In this document: piece by piece, positions 28,381 to 42,380 of the stretch
How positions within the stretch are numbered: position 1 is the stretch's first letter
Layout of the letters: each line of letters starts with the position of its first letter
Source of the DNA: Octopus vulgaris
Taxonomy: Eukaryota
Direction: 5' to 3'
DNA length: 64,000 nt
NCBI GenBank assembly: GCA_951406725.2
Contig: OX597814.1
Span: forward strand, 15,128,001 to 15,192,000
Position numbers and translations under genes: made by a program
Notes under the pieces: model-generated
What the model saw: the letters and a program-made list of their open reading frames with translations, nothing else
What the model was told of the DNA's origin: nothing
Databases searched by the model: none

Positions 28381-28737
28381 ATTTTAGCACCTAATATATA
28401 ACCATTTCATCGTTGACGGGTATGTTTTGCATTTGATATGTTACAGTCGTAAGCCACAATCTCCCTCACACTCTAGTAAAGCAATAACATCAACTGTAAC
28501 AAGATGGAAATACAAATCTGCTGGCGACTACTTACTTTATATTATTCTAAATGTCTTAGCGAAACAAAAGCAAATTTCAGTCAATAATCTTAATCTGAAA
28601 ATTGGCTGCAAGTAATGATAACTTGTATTTGCAATGTCTGCATCAGATTATGAACAGAAAATAAATATTTTTGCTTTGTGAACTTCAGCTGCTGTTAACA
28701 CATGTATGAAGATCTAGTATATGTAAGTCGTATTGAA

Positions 28738-28969
28738 GGCGGCGAGCTGGCAGAAACGTTAGCACGCCGGGCGAAATGCATAGCCGTATTACGTCTGTCG
28801 TTACGTTCTGAGTTCAAATTCCGCCGAGGCCGACTTTGCCTTTTATCCTTTCGGGGGTCGATAAATAAAGTACTAGTTACGCACTGGGGTCGATGTAAAC
28901 GACTTAATCCCTTTGTCTGCCCTTGTTTGTCTCCTCTATGTTTAGCCCCTTGTAAGTGGTAAAGAAATA
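28738..28969 (+). mobile_element. SINE family A, full copy
   Basis: Head ggcggcgagctggcagaaacgttagc, B-box gagttcaaattcc, tail aaagaaata; imperfect TSD tatat(g/a)taagt(c/t)gtatt. Confidence 0.92.
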
Positions 28970-29201
28970 TATATATAAGTTGTATTTCACAGGAATGTAC
29001 CACAAGCGAATCAAAATGGCCAGTTTTCAGCAATCTGATAGTATTTATAAAATTATAATTTTTAATGCTACCATAGTAGAACTCAATATAGGATCAGTAG
29101 ATTAACGGTAGTAATATCTCACACTACTTACTACCGTTCATTTGGAAATTCGATTATTGGATACTTCATCAATAAAGTAATGTAAAAAGTAATAAATATG
29201 G

Positions 29202-29346
29202 TGTTGTGTGAACGTCCCCAGACGATGATGTAGACTAACCCAATACGTAGATATAGAGGGAGTAGTCTAGAGTCAAAGAAAGGTAGCAGTCGGAGAAGCA
29301 GAGAGTCGAGCAGAGTAGTAGAGGCATCCGAACGTGCGACACAACA
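29202..29346. mobile_element. Very short solo LTR-like element (145 bp)
   Basis: Termini TGTTGTG...CACAACA flanked by perfect 5-bp TSD tatgg (29197-201, 29347-51). Confidence 0.7.
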
Positions 29347-30468
29347 TATGGTGATGCTCAGTTTCTCTTGAGATGGTCACGAGGGGGATTAGGAATGAAA
29401 AAAGAGATGTAAAAGTCCCAGAGAAAAAATTACAATTATTTCTAGGAAAAAGTCACAAGACAAATGCTACAGTTCATTTAAATAAGATGTAATAATTAAA
29501 GAAATTAAACATATTTCAGTTCCCTTATTAGGCGGCGTGACATGACTTGCTATACAATTTACCACATGATATTACTAATTTTTTCTTTAAATGACTTACT
29601 TAGACAGTTTGTCACTGATTTTTTTTTTCCAGATTCAGCAAGACAGTTCTGAAACTGCAGTATTCATATTCTGATTGAAATGAGAGCACGCTGAAATGTT
29701 TTTCGTAGCTTTGACCAAACTCATGAACACTGCAACTCATCTCTTCACCGACGTGCATCGATGAGCAACCTTCTGTCGTATAATTACTTGTTCCGCTGGT
29801 GAAATGCAGGCAGTCAGAAACTGCAGTTAGCTATATGCAACCAGTTAGTTTATGCAGCCCTGAGTTATACATGTTCATCATATGTAGAATCACTTCTGAG
29901 GTGACTTCAATCGTTTACAGTTCAGTGCATAACCTTTCATTTAACATAGCTATATTCTCCCTGTTATATAGGTCACTATAGTTTATACCTATATGATAAT
30001 ATTTCTCCTACACAAGGCAATTCAAGATGTAATTATTCCAAACCGATTTACAGTACCACGTGAGACGATTTTATTAGTATTACATATCCACTTCTGTATG
30101 TTTTATGTTAAAGGGGTAGATATATTGTCAAATTAAATGCATCCAAACCGAATACGTATTGAAATATTCAAAAGATATCTCAGTTATAAAGTATAATGTT
30201 TGGCTCGCGCTCTGAGTGTGACTGTAATTCTAAGTGGAAAAATAATTTTAAAAGCTACGTTTAACATTATTTTATTTTTGAAAAATGCGGCTTTCAACAG
30301 AGCATGCTAAAGTTTGAATAATTCATAGTGTACGTTTTATCGTCACAAAACTGTACTTCCTCCACTTACATAATTAACAGATTTACAGAAGGAAAAACCT
30401 GTATTATCTCTGTTCAGTTAATAGTAAAAATATTTCCAATGACATACTCACTTTCACTAAGCCAAGAG

Positions 30469-30846
<378 letters not shown>

Positions 30847-31482
30847 AAGGAACAGGGAATTCCCTAATGAATTTTCTGTTTAAAAAATGGTACAAATCAA
30901 GTTGACTATGTATAAAACATCAAATAGCATTTTAAAATAATCCATTTAAAAGTATAATTCGAAATTGGAGAGATGAGTCTTTGCCGCAATCGATTTTATT
31001 TGATGAAATTATATTTGATCACATTTGAAACATTTTATATGATCACCTTAACCTGTAGTCTCTAAACACAGAAATAACGCAAATCGATTTTGTAATCGAT
31101 ACTTTGTATTGAGTATCAAATGTAATCTTCTAATGTAATGTTGGTCAATCATTGTATGTTTTATGGCTTTGCTCGGATTATGAAGTAGAGTTTGCAACAG
31201 CAATAAAACGTACCTCACTCACAGACATAATCATAAGACAGTTGCTCTTTCTTTTCTATCTTTATTATATATTCATACAGGTCCAGTACATACAAATTCT
31301 TTTGCACTTACATTTAATATGTGATTAAAATTCAAGATTTCACAATGTCTAAGAAGTCCGAGTGTATACCAAAATAACGTTTTTCAAGAACATCTAAGTA
31401 TTTATAAATTGGAAATAATTTAATATTATGTAGTCTCGTTTTCGCCAAACTTGCTCTATATCGACTGAACGAAAGTTTAATT

Positions 31483-31870
31483 CTTCTCTAGTCTAGACAC
31501 GAAGCCCGTCATTTTGGGGGAGGGGGCACTCGATTAGATCAATCCCAGTACGCAACTGGTACTTAATTTATCGACCCCTTAAGGATGAAAGGCAAAGTTG
31601 ACCTCGGCGGAATTTGAACACAGAACGTAAAGACAGACGAAATACCTATTTCTATTCTTCCCCACAAGGGGCTAAACACAGAGAGGACAAACAAGGACAG
31701 ACAAACGGATTAAGTCGATTACATCGACCCCAGTGCGTAACTGGTACTTAATTTATAAGGGTGAAAGACAAAGTACACATCGGCGGAATTTGAACTCAGA
31801 ACGTAACGGCTGATGAAATACGGCTACGCATTTCACCCGGCGTGCTAACGTTTCTCCCAGCTCGCCGCCT
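31483..31870 (-). mobile_element. SINE family A dimer with 24-bp TSD
   Basis: TSD tatcgactga(a/g)cgaaagtttaatt at 31459-82 and 31871-94 encloses head + long unit + short-tail unit. Confidence 0.92.
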
Positions 31871-32036
31871 TATCGACTGAGCGAAAGTTTAATTACTTTC
31901 TCATAACTAAGTTGCAGTCCATGTTTTGTATGTTAGTCATTTACTTAGTAAGAATCCAGCTTGTCTGCTGTAGTTTTCCTTATGTATGCGACATATTATT
32001 ACATCAATGAAATTCTGAGAATTAGAATTGAAACTA

Positions 32037-33315
32037 CGAGGGACGTTCAATAAGTTATGCTCCTGACCCACTTGCAGTTGTTTGATCTAGCTGAAATTAT
32101 GCATGTATAATTATTGTTATCTCTATAGATGAATAGGCAAATTACAGCTCTGAACTAATTGTGGTTTCTGATTTACAGTTGTTTGAATTGAGTCAAGTGT
32201 GAAATGGAGCCTGTTGAGTGTTGAGCAGTGATCCGGTTTTTGTATTTGAAAGGACGCACACCACGGGAGACTTTTGATGAAATGAAAGTAATTATTGGTG
32301 ATGATGCCGCATCATATCACCTTGTAAAACGCTGCCATCGTGAATTTAAACATGGTCGGAACTCTGTGGAAACAGCTCCCAGATCTGGTCGCCCTCCTTC
32401 TGCCATTGATGAAGCATATGTCCGTCAAGTTGAGGCTGTCATTTTGGAAGATCGACGCATAACTATTCGCCAAATAGCCCATGAGGTCAGGATTAGTACT
32501 GGGTCGGTGGAAACTATCATTCATGACCATTTGCATATGCAAAAGGTGTCTGCCAGATGGATTCCCAGGTTGCTCACACCTTTCCAGAAGCAAAAACGCA
32601 TCGAGTGCTCGAGGATGAATTTGGAGATGTGCCAAGAAGATGAATCAAAATTTTTCAAAACACTGATTACACAGGATGAAACCTAGGTCCATCACTATGA
32701 TCCAGAGACCAAAGCCCAGTCAATGCAGTGGAAGCACCGTGACTCACCTCCTCAAAAGAAGGCAAGGGTGCAGCCCATCCGCTGGCAAGGTCATGCTCAG
32801 TCTTCCGGAACCAGTACGGAGTAGTGATGATAGATTTCCTGGCAAAGGGTACCACAATTACAGGAGCCTATTATGCTTCACTTTTAAAGAAATTAAGAGA
32901 AGCTTTCAAAATCAAGAGGCGGGGCAAGATCAGCAAAGGCATCCTCCTCCTGCAGGACAACGCTCCGGTCCACAACTCGCGTGTCACCAGATCAGAAGCA
33001 CAGGCTTGCGGCTATGAACTCCCCCCATCCCATCTACTCTCCTGATCTTGCACCCTCTGATTTTCACCATGAAATTGTTTTTGAAAGGAAAGCGTTTCCC
33101 AGATGATGCAGCCTTGATTTCTGAAGTCACGTCATTGTTGGAGGACCAAGCTGGGGTCTTCTACAAAAACAGTCGTCAGAGCTGCATCAAGCGATGGGAG
33201 AAATGCGTAACTCTGGGTGTTTCCTATGTAAAAAAAGACTAATAACTGTGCCAAGCTTCGTTGCTCTATTGCTATGGGAAGTGGGTCAGGGGCATTACTT
33301 ATTGAACGCCCCTCG
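32037..33315 (+). mobile_element. Mariner transposon, second copy of the 6964-8252 family, transposase disrupted
   Basis: TIRs cgagggacgttcaataagt / acttattgaacgcccctcg, TA TSD; WIPRLL, ITQDET*, LLQDNAPVH, DLAPSD. Confidence 0.97.
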
Positions 33316-33706
33316 TACGTTATTAAATTTATATTCTTGGGTAGATTTTTCAAAATTTGGATATTCATATCAAGCATATCCTGCTATAAAATAAAACAGC
33401 CAGTTAGATATGCTTTTTAAATACGTGTAAAATGCTATGCGAGATATTTATAACATACATTACAGATTATTTTCATTCATGATAGATAATACAGAACTAG
33501 TCTGATATAAGTGGGGGAGTGTACTAGTTTACTACCAATTGATGCCGATGATATTTTCTATGTACGGTGAATCATCGAATATGAAATAGTTGTTTTGTAA
33601 TATGAATCTCACAACATCAATGATAACCATTTCTGCGATGTGCTGTAGAAGCAGAAACTACTATGTATGAAGAGCTTATCTAATCTTATTCAGTTTCAGG
33701 ATTTAA

Positions 33707-34068
33707 TCTTTTACTCTTTTACTTGTTTCAGTCATTTGACTGTGGCCATGCTGGACCACCGCCTTTAGTCGAGCAAATCGACCCCAGGACTTATTCTTTG
33801 TAAGCCTAGTACTTATTCTATCGGTCTCTTTTGCCGAACCGTCAAGTTACTGGATGTAAACACACCAGCACCGGTTGTCAAGCGATGTTGGGGGGACAAA
33901 CACAGACACACAAGCATATACACACATACATATATACATATATAGACAGGTCTCTTTAAGTTTCCGCCTACCAAATCCACTCACAAAGCTTTGGTCGACC
34001 AGAGGCTATAGTAGAAGACACTTGTGGTTGGTAAACAAGCTACTTACCACACAACCACTCCTACGCAT
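33707..34068 (-). mobile_element. SINE family C
   Basis: Reverse complement of 52227-52620 with a deletion in the head. Confidence 0.85.
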
Positions 34069-35006
34069 ATAAATTACCAGCATCAACTTAATCAATATCT
34101 GAATGTTCGATTTTGCATATAGAGATCAATTCGAATACCATACTGGGTAAAATTTAAGAAAGGTTCAAATAAAGTGTCTATAATATTACTTAGCTAATAT
34201 GTTCTACATTCAAGACCTGCTATAATTGGCTACATCAAAGACCTCCCAATTCTCTGGAGCCGGTATTTCGATATGGTTGGATTATAGGGTTTAACAAACA
34301 ATCCCTGTAGCTTTATTTTTGTTTACTTTGGTTATGGTATAGAATTTGCTAGTTCTGCACCAAACAGACTCCTTCAGGAAACAAAATGTTGTTTAAACAT
34401 ATTCGAGAATATCTGTAAAATTTCTGAAATTTTTTATTGTATACAGATGATGTTTTTCATATCAGTCTCTGACATCTTAAGTAGAATTTCCTTTTTATAA
34501 TGTATAAGCATAATAGCAACAGCACGTCTTGAAGCATAAGCATCAGACAAACTAGTTCTCGCAAAACAAATGAATGTCAGTACACCATCAACAAATCAAT
34601 AATGGTGAAATCGGAAAAAATTATTAAGTGTGCATTTATCACGAGTAGAAATGGACCAAATAGATTTTAAAATATTTCTAGTATATAACTTCTCAGCTGT
34701 AACTCAAGAACAATAACACGTAAAGAAAACTAATATATTTAGTAATTACAAATAGTGCTTCCACATAATCAAGTCTTTTACCTTTTGGGTCAAAACTGTA
34801 TATTTTTTGCACGATTCATAGCACAGGTACACGTCATTTTGCTGTTGTAGTTCACAAGGAAACGATTTCTTTTCGTTGTGGCATATAGAAAAGTGCTTTT
34901 GCCGTTTTGATCTTATATATCATTATATTGCTGATTATGGATGTAAAAATTCTCTGTATAGGATATTTCTTTAACTTTTAATGTATGGAGTATATTTATT
35001 ATTAAC

Positions 35007-35320
35007 ATTGAGTGAGAGAGCAGTGTATGCCATCAAAGTGACATTGGGTAAAATATACGAAACCCGATATACTCATCATGAATACTCATCTGATATCGGT
35101 ACACCAGGCACATGCATCACAACCATAGGTGGGCGACATAGTGATATCATATCGAAATATACAGCGCATGACTGGTTATGGTCAAGCGACTGACAAGCGA
35201 TTACGTGGTGTTGAACAGAATATTTGCTAAAGCCGATCTTTTATACCAAGACAAAACAATGTACGGCCAATCACTCTGTAAAGATCACAAGACATGGCAG
35301 GCATTGTCTGGTGCTTCATT
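35007..35320 (-). mobile_element. Repeat family D, internally deleted copy
   Basis: Starts ttgagtgagagagcagtgtatgccatcaaag, like 35503. Confidence 0.7.
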
Positions 35321-35334
35321 GAGGTATTTATTAA

Positions 35335-35489
<155 letters not shown>

Positions 35490-35502
35490 ATTTAAATATT
35501 AT

Positions 35503-36047
35503 TGAGTGAGAGAGCAGTGCATGCTATCAAAGTAACACTGGGTTAAAATATACGAAGCCATGTATACGCTTCATGACTACCCCTCTGATAAGGGTACAAC
35601 AGGCACACATCACGAACATATGTGCGCAATATAGTGATCTTATATCACATTAAAGAGCACATGACCTTGCAGGTGGGGCCCAGTTAGAATTTTCTTCAGA
35701 TCGATAGCCCATCCTGCTCAAACGATCCCTGAATAAGGGTTGTATAAGGATGTTGAACAAAACACCCATGTTTCCAGAGGTGAATTACCCAAACTCCAAA
35801 GAATTCCTCTCAAAACTTGGCTATGATAATTTCCCACACCTTCTGCTCATGATCAGAGGTGCACATACTGTCACCCACTAAGGGACATGCTCAGCTGGTT
35901 AAGGTCAAGCAACTGACAAGCAAATCTGTGGTATTGAACAGAATATTTCCTGTAGCGCATCTTTTATACCAAGACAAAACATCTATAAAATAATACTTGC
36001 GATTAGTTAAGATCAGAAGCCATGAGAACCACTACCTGGTACTGCAT
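35503..36047 (-). mobile_element. Repeat family D, longest copy
   Basis: Aligns by eye with 6215-6672 over its length. Confidence 0.75.
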
Positions 36048-36196
36048 CTTTTGGATTTCTCTGAGACATGGTTCTCCTGGGATATTATCTAGATGCTTCT
36101 GACATCCCTTTCTTTACATACTAAGGGCATATGCAATAACAGAAAGAGTTTTCGCTTTAAGATGCCAGATCTTTTGTATTTCAATTTCGAGGTTCT

Positions 36197-36435
36197 TATT
36201 CTTTTATTCTTTTACTTTTTCAGTTATTTGACTGCAACCATGCTGAAACACCACCTTTAGTCGAGCAAGTCGACCCCACGACCTATTCTTTGTAAGCGTA
36301 GTACTTATTCTATCGGTCTCTTTTATATATACGACAAGCTTCTTTCAGTTTCCACTCAGAAGGCTTTGGTCGGCTCGAGGCTATAGCAGAAGACTCTTGC
36401 TCAATGTGCCACGCAGTGGGACTGAACCCGGAGCT
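36197..36435 (-). mobile_element. SINE family C, internally deleted
   Basis: Tail and head segments of family C. Confidence 0.75.
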
Positions 36436-36789
36436 ATCTATTATATTTACTTACTTTGTCAAATTCCTTTACAGACATATTTTTATAACTGAGAACACTT
36501 ACATCTATTAGTCTTCAAGTTTTTCTTCCCAGTGTTGGCTGGAAAATCGCAAAGGATAATGACATTGTTACCTTAAAATACTACCTCGGGATGATGTTCA
36601 TACCAGTAAGCAGGAGTGCAGATTTTGTAGTGTTTATTATCACTACAAAGACCTCAGACAGACAGTACTTTACGCAATATGCATAAGTTCCAAGTAATGA
36701 CGACTTTTGAAATACATCGATTGTAGGGAATGCCTAAGGTTTTCAGATTTTTGATCAGGTTGGGTGATATTGAACACAATGTCCGATGA

Positions 36790-36850
36790 CTAAAGCCTTG
36801 TGAGTGGATTTGGTAGAGGGAAACTGAAAGAAGCCAGTCGTATATATGTG

Positions 36851-36914
<64 letters not shown>

Positions 36915-37111
36915 CGTTTGTATGTCTGTGTTTGTCCCCACACAATTTCGTTTGACAACCGATGGTGGTGTGTTTACGTCCCCGTAACCTAAAGTACTAT
37001 GCTTACAAAGAATAAGTCCTGGGGTCGATTTGCTCGACTAAAGGCGGTGGTCCTGCATGGCTGCAGTCAAATGTCTGAAAGAAGTAAAAGAGTAAAAGAG
37101 AGAGTAAGAGT
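36790..37111 (+). mobile_element. SINE family C, 5'-truncated
   Basis: aaagccttgtgagtggatttggtag... internal (TA)/(TG)n ... tail (gtaaaaga)n. Confidence 0.85.
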
Positions 37112-37494
37112 AAAACTGTCCAACGATCGGGAATGTGAAAATCTGAGTAACAGCTTTTGTGATATTGTTGCTGCTTTCAATAAAGTATATTACTCTACCT
37201 CTGGTATTCGAGTACTATTTTTTCCACCTTGTTTCGCATTTATGTCCTTGCTCCGGTGTATATATATACATACATACATACATACATATATACATACACA
37301 CGTATATTTATGTATATTTATAGATATGTACGTATGTGTGTGTGTGCGCGCGCGCAATGTGTGTTGTGTGTGTAAGATTCAATATTCTTAGAATTGAGAC
37401 ATCTCGTCTGTAGACATTGTATTTGTATTCTTAAACATCAACCTTATTCTAGCACACACATATACACACGCACACAGACGCGCATACAGGCATA

Positions 37495-37875
37495 GGAAGC
37501 ACTCCGTCGGTTACGACGATGAGGATTCCGGTTGATCCGATCAATGGAACAGCCTGCTCGTGAAATTAACGTGTAAGTGGCTGAGCACTCCACAGACACG
37601 TGTACCCGTAACGTAGTTCTCGGGGATATTCAGCGTGACACAGAGAGTGACAAGGCCGGCCCTTTGAAATACAGGTACAACAGAAACAGGAAGTAAGAGT
37701 GAGAGAAAGTTGTGGTGAAAGAGTACAGCAGGGATCACCACCATCCCTGCCGGAGTCTCGTGGAGCTTTAGGTGTTTTCGCTCAATAAACACTCACAACG
37801 CCCGGTCTGGGAATCGAAACCGCGATCCTGCGACCGCGAGTCCGCTGCCCTAACCACTGGGCCATTGCGCCTCCA
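37495..37875 (-). mobile_element. SINE family B, full long-tail copy
   Basis: Head ggaggcgcaatggcccagtggttagggcagcggac...ggtttcgattccc with A and B boxes; imperfect TSD ca(t/c)acag(g/a)cata. Confidence 0.9.
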
Positions 37876-39269
37876 CACAGACATAGACACAAGTACGTAT
37901 ACATATGAACATCAGTTTTGTAACAAAGTCAATTAAATGCAAATGAAGCTGTAAAGGTTCAAAATATATCAGTAGGAAACCACTTGAACGCAATTAATAT
38001 GTCGGGACATGAATTTAGAAACAACGCGCGAACTCACACAGGCGTGAATGTCTTATCACGCTATCGAAACATTTTGCCTGGTTGAATCCGCTGAGATCTC
38101 TTGCTTCTCAATAACAAATTCCAGTTGTAACCATGCGAAGCCTATCATGTATGTAGTTACAGAAAAAGCCTGTTGGGAATTTAATGCTGGGAAATAGTGT
38201 TATCAATGAGGCACAGGGGGATATAATTATTTAAGCTTTGATCAGGCAGACAAGCTATAGTAATAATATATGCAAACATGAGTATTTAATACATGGTAAT
38301 GCATGTGGTCTATAGATGGATACGTTTGTGTATCTGTTCTCAGCGTTATTTCTCGTGTCTGTGTCTGTGAGCATGTGTGTATGTGTGTGAATCTCTCTTG
38401 TGTATATATGAGTATTTAAGTGCGTGCATGTGTACGTTTGATTATTACTTGCCGCATATAATCAAGTGATACCATTATCGCAGGATTGATAATCTATGGG
38501 AAGAGAACAAGATAATTATCAGTATTTAGCGAAACTCTAAACAAATTGCACACCATGACATACACATATACACATATACAGATTTATACACAAACAGAAA
38601 CATACAAGCACATACACACTTACATATCACTATCGCACGTACATACATACATAGAAATTGATACGCACACAAATATACATATCATCGGCTATAAAAATAT
38701 CCCTCAGCTTTCAACAGATAGTATCAAAATCTAAAGCGTGTATCCGCTAAGCACGGAATACCATGAAATATTAGCTGTAGTGTTAAGTTTAACATTAGCA
38801 TCTAATGGCATTAATGCATTATATTTATCAGTATATTTTTGTATTGCGTGAAACAGCCATATTGTATATTCCGATTTTAGTATTTATGCCACATTGCGTT
38901 TCTATCCGTCTGTTTATTTCTCTCTGCCATGTTCATCCTTATATAGAGTACAAAAAATTCTCTGGATATGTTTAATTGCGATTGGATATTTGCGTAAGTA
39001 GTGTATATATATTTGCGTATATGTGTGTATGTGCTAGCGTGTAAACGTCTCACACACACACCCACACGCACACACACAGTGTTTAGTTAAACTGAATTCA
39101 TTATTCAACTGAACTTAAATTATGGCATGTATTATTACATGATATAGGTCAATAAACAATAGCAAGTATACTTAGATAAGCTTTTGCATAAATGTACGTG
39201 TGTCTGTAATGTGATAGCAATTAGGTGACCATATATACATGCGTTTATATACGTATACATACACACACA

Positions 39270-39322
<53 letters not shown>

Positions 39323-39431
39323 TAGGAAGAAATGGAGCTGAACGAAGATTTAACAAAATTCCTTTTCATTATTTTCTACATATGTTTCAAAGGCTGCAAA
39401 GTCCCTAATTCGGATTGAATAAGGAGTCCAT

Positions 39432-39578
39432 TGAATAACGCTGCGATGGACTGGCGTCCCGTCCAGCTGGGGAGCCACATACGCCATAGAAACCAGGAAA
39501 CCGCGCCCATGATCCTGGCTAGGCTTTAAAAGGGTGCATTTATTTTTTAATATACAAACGTACGTGTATGTATATATG

Positions 39579-39650
<72 letters not shown>

Positions 39651-39796
39651 CATATATACATACACGTACGTTCGTATATTAAAAAATAAATGCGCCCTTT
39701 TAAAGCCTAGCCAGGATCATGGGCGCGGTTTCCTGGTTTCTATAGCATATGTGCTTCCCAGCTGGACGGGACGCCAGTCCATCGCAGCGTTATTCA
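39432..39796. repeat. 365-bp palindrome centred on (TA)n
   Basis: 39432-~39585 is the reverse complement of ~39643-39796 with few mismatches. Confidence 0.92.
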
Positions 39797-39942
39797 TTTT
39801 TACCAGCTGAGTGGAGGGAGTGGAGTAACGTGAAGTGAAGTGTTTTGCTCAAGAACACAACGCGTAGACCGATCCAAGGATCGAAACCACAGTCTTACGA
39901 TTATGATGCTGACACCCTAACCACTAAGCCACGCGCCTCCAC
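39690..39942 (-). mobile_element. tRNA-derived SINE with V-domain-like tail
   Basis: Head gtggaggcgcgtggcttagtggttaggg...ggtttcgatcc; tail gcgatggactggcgtcccgtccag...gaaaccaggaaacc. V-domain resemblance is from recall. Confidence 0.8.
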
Positions 39943-40280
39943 ATAAGACTATAAGCTAAAATCATGGATGGGGATTTTAGCTTATAGTCTTTATAGATAC
40001 AGTGGTTTTGCGTGCGAACTAGATTGCGTATGCATATGTGTACATGCATTTGTGTGTATATTTTAGCTTTATATTTATACGTCTGTATATGTATGTGGTC
40101 TTCACGAATCTATCTGTGTATGTTGATGTATTTATGTATAGTTTAATATGAATATGTACGGCCGTGTAATATTCTAAGGCATTTTGACATTTTAATTTCA
40201 ATTTCCATATATTACTTATATTTCCTTTATTAATGTCAATATGTATTTTATTCAATGTAAGGTTTTTCCTCGAATTTTAT

Positions 40281-40334
<54 letters not shown>

Positions 40335-40539
40335 AGCTCATTTTTGTTTATCGCTCGAAAATTTACCGTTATTTGTGTAGGACCAATCAGACAAGTCCAT
40401 TCTTATAGGTGTAGCGTTTATACTAGTCTGGATAGAAGAATTGACATATGGGTTCTATTCTAGCAAAAACTGTCCGATGAACGGCAACGGGAAACTCAGA
40501 GTAACATGTTTTGTTGAATTTTCTGCTGCTTTAAATAAA

Positions 40540-40593
<54 letters not shown>

Positions 40594-40604
40594 ATATATA
40601 TGTA

Positions 40605-40945
40605 ACATATGGTGTAATTATAAACAGAGCAAATTTTAGACATTTTCCCCGCAGACTCGAAAAATAAAATGATGTACGACATTAATTGATTTTCGAACTT
40701 TATTCGGTTTTCATCAGAGGCGTCTACATCATTCTGATGGTTTCCAGAGAAACAAACAGCCAAACTGTTTATATACTAAACGAATGTAGCAGATAATTCA
40801 TGAAGGAATCCCTAATTTGCATACTTAAAGTGCTTAACACTATATGAATACCAGTGGCTTCTCAAAGTGGATCTTAGTCCACAGAGTATCAAGAGTATAA
40901 CAGAGTACGTATATTACGTACACACACGCACGCGCGCACACACAT

Positions 40946-40982
<37 letters not shown>

Positions 40983-41197
40983 CACATTCGTGTATGCGTA
41001 TAAATATATATGTAATATATGGTATAATTATAAACAGAGCAAATTTTAACCATTTCTCTGCAGACTGAAAGAAATTATGAACAACCGTAATCGATTTTCG
41101 AACATTATTGGATTGTCATCAGAAGCGTCTTACATCATTCTGATAGTCTCCAGAGGAACAAGCAGCTAAATAGTTTATAAACTCAACAAATTTAGCA

Positions 41198-41198
<1 letters not shown>
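40605..41198. repeat. Diverged direct repeat, ~185-bp unit twice (40605-40790, 41015-41198)
   Basis: Shared atatggt(g/a)taattataaacagagcaaatttta...gattttcgaac...tcatcaga(g/a)gcgtct...acatcattctgat. Confidence 0.8.
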
Positions 41199-41263
<65 letters not shown>

Positions 41264-41499
41264 TAAATATTCAGTGAATTAGGTACTTAAATTGAGGCAT
41301 CAACTCAGTCCGGTATTATCTGCACAGTTCAAAGTAAGGTGAATAAAATGAAATAAAATGATATCAGGGATGAATTCAATGTGACCGTTTCAGGCGGCTC
41401 CGTTTCATAGAACAATGCAAGCCTTACATTAATTTAAATATAGTGCCATCTTCAGTCGCAAAAATATGAATTTTCAACAGACAAGGTATCTTATTATTT

Positions 41500-41886
41500 T
41501 ATTCTTTTATTTGTCCCTGTCATTTGACTGCAGCCATGCTGCAACACCGACTTGCTCTTGTAAACCTAATACTTATCATATCGGTTCTTCTTGCCAAACC
41601 GCTAAGTTACAGGGACATAAACACACTGGTATCGGTTGACAAGCGATGTTGGGAGGACATACACACACACACAAACACAAAGAGCAACACACATACACAC
41701 ACACACGCGCATACATATATACGACGGGCTTCTTTGAGTTTCCGTCTACCAAATCCACTCACAAGGCTTTGGTCGACCCGAGGCTATAGTTGAAGGCACT
41801 TGCCCAAGGTGCCCCACAGTGGGACTGAACCCATCACCATGTGGTTGGTAAGCAAACAACTTACCACGCAGACACTCTTGCGCCTA
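41500..41886 (-). mobile_element. SINE family C
   Basis: Head and CORE-like segment cacttgcccaaggtg...agtgggactgaaccc. Confidence 0.85.
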
Positions 41887-42101
41887 TTAGTATAACTTTT
41901 CTCAAATATTTTATCAGAGCTAGAGGATGAAAGAATTCCATGTTGCCGCTGTTGCACTATTAATATATCTTACGTGTTGAGAATCCATATTTTTTGCAAC
42001 TGAAGATGGCACTTTATTCAAATTGGTGTCATGCTTGCATTGCTCGATTAAACGAAGAAACGGTAGCATTGCTTAATACCTGACATCCTGTTATTTTTTG
42101 A

Positions 42102-42380
<279 letters not shown>

